A DNA stretch of 64,000 nucleotides from Paragordius varius (Eukaryota > Animalia > Nematomorpha): NCBI GenBank assembly GCA_964247055.1, contig OZ176052.1:2790001-2854000 (forward strand). The letters are read 5' to 3'. The notes below the pieces were generated by a model that was given only the letters and a program-made list of their open reading frames with translations, was not told the origin of the DNA and did not search any database. The position numbers and the translations under genes were made by a program. Positions 24,501 through 34,745 of the stretch are shown here, piece after piece. Numbering within the stretch: the stretch's first letter is position 1; the number at the start of each line of letters is the position of its first letter.

Positions 24501-27500
24501 TTAACACATTCCAAAAAAGATTAAATTGCAATATATTGCCCAAAATATAAAAAGTTAATGATCTTTTATTTGTACTCAATTTCTTGAAATAAAATATAAT
24601 TAATTTATAGTGTAACAATATTTTTTTTGAAAAAAAGTATTACTTTGTCAATATCAATTTCGTCATCAATAGTGGTTCTGGTTAAATAATTCTTTGGAAT
24701 ATCTGGGGCCTTTTCAGCCATATCCGTGCTATAGTCAAAAAAAGATTTAAAATATATCTAATTCAATCAAGTTTTCTGAAATAAAAAAATATATGTAAAA
24801 AAAGTAAATGTATAATAACCAAAATGTTTTAAATTTATGTATAACACTAAACAACAAATTTTTCTGCCACTCGAGTTTTTTGCATTTTCTGATATTAAGT
24901 ATCATTTTAACAGTAAATCTGAAATAAAAATTATAACTCGATGGAAGAATTTCGTATAATTTGATTTTTTTGATTATATGCCCTCTTTATCAAAATTTTA
25001 ATAAAAAATGTTTTTCTTTAGTATACAAGTAATGCCCATTTGTAATATATCATTCGAAAGATTAACAAAAACTCTATAAAATGCATACTAATATGTATTA
25101 CATCGACAGTTAATATTGGACACAAAGAACGACAAACGCGCGAAGCGAGAGCACTTTTTTAAATATTATATTTTTAAAACTAATGAATGAAAATAGCTCA
25201 AACTTTGTTTAGATGGTGATGAATGTCCAAAAAAATAACACAAGAAAGTTTTTTTGATTTTATTGCTTTTATGTCACTCAAAACAGCCATTTTTAAGTTT
25301 AAGGTATTTTTGATCTTTTATAGCCATTATGTAATAAATTTACAGTTATAACTATGCATTTTAGTATCCACTAGGTAAAATATTTATGATAATAATAATT
25401 TTTATTAAAAAAGCAAACCAAAAGCTTTTTCAAACATTTTTTTTAAATTAAATACTAATATAACCCTAATAATTATATTAAAATAATTTATATGATTTTC
25501 AAATTAGTATGTCTGTGAAAATTCTTGACTTATTTAAGGATTGAAAATCTCGACCATTTAAATCCAAATAACTTTTACATCCGATTGATTTAAATTACTT
25601 ATTACCATTTAAAAGATGCAGTTTTTTGCGCTCTTTCGAATGATATATAATACATGGCTTCATATCTAAAACTTTTAATTTTCGAAATTTCGAAAAGTAA
25701 TGTTAAATCGGGGCCAAAAATTATCGATAAACTCTAATATAAAAAAAATTCTTGCATGCTAGACCAATTTTCTTTTCAGATATACTAATTTTGTACTTTA
25801 ATGAAATAAATTTTAAATTTACAAGAATGGCAGTTAAAAAATAAAATTTGTTGTCTAGTGTAATGTAAAAAAGTCGGCTAAAAAATATTTTGAAAATTAT
25901 TAATATCTAGTATAATCTATATTTCATCACTGTTATAAAACTAACTCTTGTATTTTAAACATATAAAATAAGTTTGATAAATATAAACAGTCCTTATAAA
26001 AAAACATTGTCCATTTTTAAACCAAAAATAAAATAATTAAATCATAAAACAAATATCCATATATCAATGGTCGCCACAAAATTGCCAAAGACCTATTTAT
26101 GATCAAAAAAACAAAAACAAAAAGACATTATAGACCATTTTATCGTCTCTTATCAATTTGTCTTTGTGAAAAGTGAAAAATCAGCTATACAATCATTTAC
26201 GTGTAGTTTAAAAAGATCAGAAAAGAATTATATTACCCCGATAAAAAGTTCAATTCTAAATTTAAATAAATTTCTTATAATTATATACCTGACTAAACCC
26301 TTTTGGGCAGTTTCCTGTGCTGAAATACTACTGTCATCACCACCTATATTAACTTTTTCCTGGTGTTGACGGGTCGGAGAAAATGACTCTTCATTACTAG
26401 AAGAAGAACTTTCATCTGATTTATGTTTTCGTTTACCGCTATGTTCTTTTTCATCCAATTAATAGAATATATACCATTTACAACAGTTCAAATTGACCCT
26501 TAAACAATTCAAACTCACCCTAATAATAAATTATGTGTTTTCCAACTAATATAACTCATTATTAATACGCATTATATCTTTATGACATAAATTATTATTT
26601 TTTAGTATTATTTTAATATAAAACAAAATTTTATTTTTTTAAAAAATATAAATATATGGATTTTTAATCTTAAAAGACATATTTTTTATTTGCAAGTGAA
26701 TTTGAATTGTTCGAGGTGAATTTGAATTGTTCAAGTGTGAATTAGAATAAATGGTATATTAAACCGTATTTTTGGATGGTAACTTATAAAAAATGACATT
26801 TGACTTAGGGAAGGGATATTTTATTCAACAAATCAGATTAAATATTTGATAAGATAATGAATGATATTATACTTGATTTTATTGCTTAGTAAATTATGAT
26901 AATTAAATATCATTGCATTTATAATTGTTAAATGTTAAAGTTTTTTTTCTTTTTTGACATTGTGCTTTTTAATATTATAAAATTTAATAATTTAATTAAA
27001 ACAAGAAGTTGATGACATTTATAATAAAATATCATTAACTTGTGAGCATAAATAAATGTAAAATTAATATTAATTTATCAAAGGAACCGCAAAACATTAT
27101 TTGGTAAAAGTTAATATTCATTTTTATTAGTTTAGCCCGGAATCAAAGATTATTTTATATAATTTGAGAAAAACTAATGATATAAAACAGGCATACTACT
27201 CAATAAAAACTATAAAATGCTGTGATAAGGGTTGATTAAAAAATAAAAAAACACCAAAAAAAGTAAAAATAAATACCCATTAAATTTTGATCACTACTTT
27301 TACGTTTCTTCTTTTTCGATAAACTAACATCATTTTCTGTAACACATATAAAATATATATTGGCAATTGTAATCCTTCAATTATATATTTAATATTAATA
27401 TAGGTAAAAATAATTCCAAAGAATACTTTGGCGTAAAATTTTGTTCTGATAGTTAATTTTTATATAACAGGAGTTTACATCCAAAAAATATAAACAATGT

Positions 27501-28900
27501 ACAACAAAATTTCAAGTATGTCATTTTTCTTTAAAAAAATATCATCAAATAATATGAAAAATAATTTAAAGAAATCGTGTTGGGGCAAAAATAAAAAGTA
27601 CATATTATTAGAAAAGTAAATATTCAACGGTTAAACCGTTTTTCGGTTGTTAAAAACACCGTTATCCGATTTATTAAATTTCGATAAAATTAAAACTTAT
27701 GATTAGATGTTTTTAGTAGTTTTTTCATGTTAATGTGTCAAAGATTGATATACTAAGCAACCGTTTTTTATTTTTAAAACATTATCGCTCCTGTCCCTAA
27801 CCCCGAGGATGAAAATTAAAGTATCTAAAAAATAAGTGGCAAAGAAACACATTTATAGGCTTTTAAGCGAATGAAACCTTTTTAGTAGTTTTCTACGATA
27901 ATGCTATAAGTTATAAGGTTTTATTATTTAAGAAAATAAAATAATTAAGAACAATCGTTCCGGTTCCTATCTTGATTGTATGAAATGAGTTAAAAACATT
28001 AAAAATTAATAAATCGTATCCATACCATTATTTTGCTGCTGGGCGGATGATATTTTTTTTGTAGTTTTTTGCTGTAATTGTAAAACTAATTCCCCACATT
28101 TGACAATTGTCAATGGTAGAGCGGGACGAGATGTTTCATCCACTGGGATAGATTCTAACACACTAAGTGCAGATTGACCCGAAACCACATGACCAAATGC
28201 GACATGTTTATTATCCAAATGGGGAGCCGGTACTGTAGTTCTAAAACAATAATTTAGATTCATATTCATGTATAGTCAAATTTTGTTTCATATTATTTTC
28301 AATTATTAGTTTCTAAAGTTAAGATTTATTTATATGTTTGTACCAATATAAAAAATGTTAACATCCATAAAATTATCCAAAGAGCTTTAATATATTTGTT
28401 TTTTAAAAAATTAACTAATTTGCATATTGATAATTTACATAAAAAATTGGGATGAATTGGTATTTTTTCCCTTGTTAGCCATAGAAACCATAAAAGGTCT
28501 ATCATGTTTAAGTTCAAAATTTTCATCTTTAAAATGCTTGCCGTAAATAGACTCTCCCGATTTACCAGTACCTAAGGTTATAATATTAAAGTTTTACCAC
28601 TAATTATATCACCACCTTGAATCATAAAATTTTTAACAACTCTGTGGAAGGTTGAACCTTTATAACACAACGGTTTTTGACTAATTGGACTTATGCCCTT
28701 TTCGCCTATATTTAATTAACGTAATTCCTACCTGTGCATAAACATCTAAAATTTTCACAGGTAATAGGAGTTATATCAGCATATAATTCTATAATTATTC
28801 TAAAAATTCTAGATTCTTCATTCGTAGAATTAATATCTCCTATCGCAATATCCAAAAAACATCTTGGCCTAGCAGGCCTCCTTGTTTCGATGTCAGCCAT
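17346..28900 (-). CDS. PPIG: RS-domain nuclear cyclophilin (PPIG/Moca-cyp type); exons 28900-28732, 28705-28598, 28571-28439, 28240-28026, 27336-27277, 26445-26289, 24728-24644, 24310-24197, 22563-22298, 21190-21122, 20791-20734, 20243-20006, 19481-19359, 18960-18689, (17995-17963), 17492-17346; ~748 aa
   Basis: Cyclophilin domain RPRCFLDI...[16 protein letters not shown]...[14 protein letters not shown]...[32 protein letters not shown] with His at the CypA W121 position. Downstream motifs [11 protein letters not shown] and RSNTPPHWK plus an RS/RE-rich tail. Every junction is GT-AG and phase-consistent. The exon 6 acceptor, the donor at 18688 and the 33-nt exon are less certain. NKTR-like orthology is not excluded. 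Confidence 0.85.
18102..18340. mobile_element. TA-target MITE (TACCATTTAC ends), right-arm repeats deleted
   Basis: TA|TACCATTTACAATTCAAATTCACCCTCGAAC, three 21-bp units on the left; right end CTGTAAATCGTA|TA. Confidence 0.7.
18546..18573. repeat. (TA)n microsatellite
   Basis: Direct reading; similar tracts at ~46197-46221 and ~49786-49820. Confidence 0.9.
21580..22078 (+). mobile_element. 5'-truncated RTE-clade LINE 3' end, antisense within a PPIG intron
   Basis: [17 protein letters not shown]...[15 protein letters not shown]...[17 protein letters not shown]...[11 protein letters not shown] is the typical RTE C-terminus. Followed by a (TGA)n tail at ~22052-22078; one in-frame stop. 5' boundary approximate. 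Confidence 0.85.
23062..23796. mobile_element. hAT-like MITE with GAACCG/CGGTTC subterminal repeats
   Basis: Clusters of GGAACCGG/CGGTTCCGG at 23071-23160 and 23668-23785. Right end CCGTTCCAAGCCCTG; left end degenerate; no TSD seen. Confidence 0.65.
26472..26756. mobile_element. TA-target MITE (TACCATTTAC ends) 26 bp upstream of PPIG exon 6
   Basis: TA|TACCATTTAC...AAATGGTA|TA with TTCAAATT(C/G)ACCC units in both arms. Confidence 0.8.
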
Positions 28901-29349
28901 GCGTTTTTTCTAAAAAATGTTATTTACTGATTATTATTATTTAACGTTGTATGGTGTATTGAAGTGTAAAAACTAACAATAAAAGTAAAAATAGTAAAAG
29001 GTAAATTAATAATTATTAATCGGCCTTATATAATATGTTTGGGTGAAATTAATTTGCATGAGATCAAAAATTTTGAGTAACTAAGGTTATAGTATTAACT
29101 TAATACAAAATATTAAAAATAGAGACTATGCAAATCAATCATGCATAAAAAAATATAGTTATATCATACGTAACGGATAGTAATTATAAATAGGATTTTT
29201 TTACCCTTATTTTTATGTAATTACCATTAAATCTGAAATAATAAACAGTATAAAAATGGTATTTTTGTCATAGGGGAGATGGATTAAAGGATATAGTGTT
29301 AAATATACGATGTCCACAAAAAAATATCCTGCTGAAATATTAATATATA

Positions 29350-29649
29350 TATATATTACAGTTTAAATCCCCTTAAAAATCATTCTTGAATAATTTAAAC
29401 TCACCTTCAAACAATTCAAATACACCCTAAAATAAATTATTTTAAATTAAAATTACATATTTTTTATATTTTTAAAATATAAAATTTTGTTTAAGATAAT
29501 ATAACTGAAAAAAACTAAACTATGCCATTAGAATATATATATTAATAATTAATTATATTAGCCCAAAAACACTTAAATTTTTAGGGGGAATAGAATTGTT
29601 CGAGGGTGAATTTGAATTGATCAAGGGTGAATTTTAATTATAAATGGTA
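29350..29649. mobile_element. TA-target MITE, degenerate left end
   Basis: AAACAATTCAAATACACCC on the left; GTTCGAGGGTGAATTTGAATTGATCAAGGGTGAA...TAAATGGTA|TA on the right. Confidence 0.7.
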
Positions 29650-30642
29650 TAATCTGATAAATAAATGTAACTCTCATTGCCCTTGTGGTTTTAAGCTTTA
29701 CAAATAAAAAAGTCGCCACTTTTTGTAACTGCTTTATTTTAGAAAATAACAAAGTTTACGCATCTTTGTTCAATCTTTTTTTTGGTGAAGGCTAAAGGCT
29801 TTCATTCTAAAATATATTACTAAAATATATCATTGACTTCATGTAAGAGCAAAAATTTAAAAGTATAATTAATGGGCTCCGAGTCTTTTTGGAACCGCCT
29901 AAAGTGGGTTGGTATTAATTCATTAATTTGCGGTTTTATACTCCAGCAATGTGCAAGTTTAAAGTATTTAAGTTTTAGGCCAAATTAAAAAATATGCTTT
30001 AAGCTTTTTAGTCGCATACTTCAAAGTTTTTCACGTAAAATAAAAAATTTGATCTCAAACCCTTTCGCCACCACTTTTAGATGCAAATAATTAACTCAAG
30101 CTTACTAGCAAATAAATGACATTTATTGAATATTTAAATCAGCTGTCTATTTTATAAGTGTTTTAACACTTCATTATCTTTTCACATTTTGCTAGTTTAC
30201 CTTTTAAGTAGTTTTATATCCCCGGTATTTTAATCATTTTGAAAGTTATTTTAGTTAAAATTTAATTTTCAAACATTTCTCCATAAAAGATTTTATTTTT
30301 TACAGTTTTGTAACTTTTAGTTAAACATTTGATTTTAAATCAATAAATATAATTTTTTAATATCTCAGAGCTTATGGAAGTTAATTGTCATCTTCTAATT
30401 AAAAAATTTTATTTAAAAAAATATGCGATTTTGCCATTTTCTGATGGAGACCATGAAAGTGTAACTTTCTTAAATCAGTCGCAACAGCAAAAACCAAAGT
30501 ATTATGCTAATCCTAATTCTTATCAATATATATATTTCAGAATATTTCTTAACACTAAGACCCATATTCAAGTAAGTAATACTTAATATGCTTACGTAGG
30601 CTTCGTCCTTACGTCCTTATTACATTTTTGAATAAATATACA

Positions 30643-32390
30643 CTAGCTGGCCCTGTCACGCTTCGCTGTGACGCAGTCTCACTAATAATTATTCATAATA
30701 ATTTGCAATAAACATAGGTATTGGAGATAAAAAATAATAAAAAACATATTAAATAAAAAGAATGTCTTTACTTATTCTTTTACGGGTTTTTGCATTGGCT
30801 CAAATGTTGTTTACTCGAAATTGACCATATTTAAACTGCTTTTTAAAAATACTCAACTATCATTGGATTTATTTTAAGATTTTTGTTTTAAGAAATCATG
30901 GTAAATTTTTTTATTTTGAAATTGTGTTCACACAGCTGGGATCAAGGGATATAAAAAATAAATCATTTGTGGTCCCTTTTAAAGGAAACCCCAGAAATGT
31001 AACTTAACTCGTATGGCTTTTTAAGTTTTTTGAAAATCAGATCCAAACCCACGCCATTTTTGTATCGCGTCTCAGTTTTAAACCGGTAGACCCCTACGCA
31101 TAGACCTATATGGAAAAATCACTGAGTTAAATTCTTTGTCTTTATAGGGCAAATATTTGGATAATCTTTGATACCATCGCATCAGCTATTCGAAAAAATA
31201 CCTTAACATTAAATAATTGATATGATGGCGTATTTTTAGGGGCATAAAGGGCCCCATATACGCGGCCAATTAAAAAAAACCCGACCTTAATTTTTATTTA
31301 GTTACGGGTAATATTTCAAGCTTTTAATGAGCTCATATGATCCATAAATTTTCTGTTAATTCTCAAAAACAATGCTATATAGTGGCGCAGTTTTTGCCGG
31401 GTATCTCTATACCCAGGGGCAGATAAAAAAAGCGTTGGGCAAAATTTTGTCATTATCGAGGGGGAATATCTGGAATTATCATGGATTCCATATGTTCTTG
31501 TTAGTCTCATAGTTGTGAAATTTGGCTCCAAAGGCAGGCTGTATCGATATGGTCACTCTGTTTTGCGCGGGTAGCCCCCAACCAGAAACGAAAATCTCGA
31601 TTAAAATGTTTGCCCTAATTCGGGTAATACCTGGAATCATGATTGATTCCATATGCTCTTGTGGGATTTTCGAGAAATTGCCTCTAAACCATAAAGTCAT
31701 TCTATGGTGGCACATTTTTTAGGGCGTAAAGGGCCGAATTAACGGCAAATTTTAAAAAATCGCACGACCTAAGTGTTTGCCTTGTTATGGGTAATATTTT
31801 AATCACCTATTGAACTCATATGGCCTGATAGGTTTTCTGAAATTTAGCCCGAAAAGCACGCTATTTTGATATGACAGGGCAGTTTTTAGCGGGTATCTCC
31901 TTAGCCGGGCAGCCAATATAAAAAACGCCCGACTAAAATTTTTGCCTTTTAACAGGGAATACCAACCTTATTGAATTTTTACGGTTTCATACTTAAAAAA
32001 AAGATTCAAAAAAATATTTTTGTGGACTTGGTTTTTTTTGAAAAAATGGCATTACGGGGGGAGCGGGTAAAAAGATGGCTCAAATTAATTAAGCAGGCCG
32101 ACTATGTTCGGCCCAATCGAAAATAAGTAAAAAATATTTGAAATCGAATGGTCCAACACGTTTACCAGAAAATCGTCTCAAAGACACGATTTTTGTGGAC
32201 TTCTCTTTTCAAAAAAAACCATTTTTTCTACGGGGTGGGCCCGGACTGGGGGCCTAATTAAAAAAAGGGCGAAGTTATTGTCGGAGCATTCAATGATTAT
32301 CTTTTTTCGACACTTGGATTTGAATGGGTCTACCGGTTTTCCGGAAACATATCACAAAGCCACCACTTTCCATATATATAAATATATAGA
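30643..32390 (-). mobile_element. Non-autonomous Helitron copy 2, complete (1748 bp)
   Basis: On the minus strand A|TCTATATATTTATATATATGGAAA ... GTCACAGCGAAGCGTGAC-AGGGCCAG-CTAG|T. Inserted between A and T, no TSD. Confidence 0.92.
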
Positions 32391-34667
32391 TAGATTCATA
32401 ATAAATCTCCTAGGAGACTTATTAATTCAAAGTGGCATAAGCATAACTTAAAAATTATTGCAAATTTTTGAATTTTGTAAAATGCAGCATAGAAAGTAAA
32501 ATATTTTCAATAAATAATATATAGGTTTGAGTAAAGTTGCTTTCATTTTGACATTAAAAGGGGTTTGCGTACATGTTACAAAATTGATAAATCTTAAAAC
32601 ATGCATCCAAAATACAAAGTTCTTTAAAAGAAATAGGTTCGAATTTTAACGAATATATTTTTTAAATTTATTTGAGTCATCAAATTGAAATATTTTAATA
32701 CTTTGTGAAAAAAAAATCTACCCAGTTTTTTAATTCTTTATATTGAAGGACAGAAAATCTTGTATATATAACAAATAATTTATAGGTTTTAGAAATTGCA
32801 TCCATCTCTTACACATCTTAGTTAATAAGCTGCATCAAAAATATCTGGAACACACATGTAAAATTCAAAGTTTTTTAAAGGGTGTGCAATTGATTTGAAT
32901 ATATTTTTTAAATTTATTTTATGTTATGGCAATTGAAATATATGAGCACTTTTTGTTGAGGATCTTGGAATAAAAGCATTGAAGAATCCACCCAATTTAT
33001 TGGATTAATTTTTAGTATTAGATGTATAAAATTTATATTAATTTTTTTATTGACAATAAATATATGATACTTACAATTTAATGTATCCTTTTTTCGACTT
33101 TGGCGTCTAAAACTCTCCTTCATATCCACAGTGTACAAAATCGGAGGCTTTAAAATATTTCTTGATGAATCAAATATATTCCGAGAGAAAATCATATTAG
33201 GAATATCATGGTGCTTTTGGTTTTAGGTCTGACGAATATTTTAGTGTAATATCCACTTTTGTGGTAATTTTTTTATCGAAAAGGTTGCAAATTAGGCAAA
33301 TATATAAATTTTTTTGGTGAAAGTTAAATGCTTCTCTTCAAAAATATCATTAAATTATGACATGAACTATATTTGAAAACCAAAATGAAATTTACAATTT
33401 TAGGCGTAGACTCCAAAAGTCGCAACTTTTTAGACTTCAATGGGCAGTTTTTCAAAAAACTGTGCAAGATTTTCATATAATATGGAATTCGACAGAAAAA
33501 ATACATACTTTTTTCTTAAATTTTGTCAATTTTTTAGCGCGTTTTATGGTATATTAGCGCGTTGTAAATAGTATATAAACGCTTTAAGATAATACAAATA
33601 CACTTATTCATATAATTTGCTGATGCTTAACATTTCTATCACCTTTTTTCGCTTTTACTTTAAATTCGGGGAAATATTTAAGGTCTAAAAATTTGTGACT
33701 TTTGGAGCCTACGCTTATAATTGTAAATTTCATATTGGTTTTAAATATAGTTCATGTCTAAATTACTTAAAGGGAAGCATTCTTTCACTAAAAAAATTTA
33801 AAATTTGCTTAATTTGCAACTTTATAAGGAACAATACCACAAAGTGGATGTAACTTTAAATTATTTTAAAATCAAAAGCACCCTGATATTTTTAATATGC
33901 TTTTCTCTCAAAATATATTTGATTTACCAGGATATTTTTAAAGCATCCCATGTAGATATGAATGATTTTCAGACGCCTCGAAGGTCGAAAAAACAAAAAT
34001 TCCAAATATCATATATATATTGTCAATAAACAAATTATTATATATGTTATACAACTAATAGTTAAAATTTATTCAATAAATTGGGTAGATTCTTCTATGT
34101 TTTTGTCCCAAGATCCTCATGAAAAAGTGAGCAGATATTTCAATCGCCATGACATAAAATTAATCCAAAAAATATTTAAATCAATTGCACACCTTTTAAA
34201 CTTTGGTTTTTACATGTGTGTTCCAGATATATTTTTTGAAGCTGTTTATTAACTAAAATGTGTAAGAGATTGATGCAATTTTTAAAAAATTTATTTGTTA
34301 TATATACAAGATTTCTGTCCAATTGAAAAATTCAAAAACTGGGTAGATTTTTTTACAGAGTATCCAAATATTTTAATTTCATGGCTCTAAATCTAAAAAA
34401 TATATTCAATAAAATGCGTACCTCTGAAAACTTTGTATTTTGCATGCATGTTTTAGGATTTATCTATTTTAGACAGGGGTTGTGTGAACTTTTTTTAATG
34501 TCAAAATGGAAATCAACTTTTAAACCTATATATTATTTGTTAAATATAAATTAATTTCTACTCCATTTTACAAAATTTAAAAATTCGCAATATTGTTAAA
34601 GTTATGTTACTTTGAAATTTTAATAAGTCTACTGGGAGCAGATTTCGTATGATATTTATTCAAAAAT

Positions 34668-34745
34668 GTAAGCATAAGGATGTAATCATAAGGACGTAAG
34701 CATATGATGGAAGCATAAGGACTTAAGCATAAGAACGTAAGTATT
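34668..34745 (+). repeat. 14-bp tandem repeat (GTAAGCATAAGGAC) x ~5 near the foldback right terminus
   Basis: Units at 34668, 34682, 34696, 34710 and 34723; a shorter eroded inverted equivalent lies at ~30585-30622. Confidence 0.8.

Noticed and set aside
32914-34252. Pair of similar ORFs on opposite strands (INWVDSSM)
   Set aside because: They are the two arms of the foldback element, with different starts and ends and no recognisable domain; used only as evidence for the inverted repeat.
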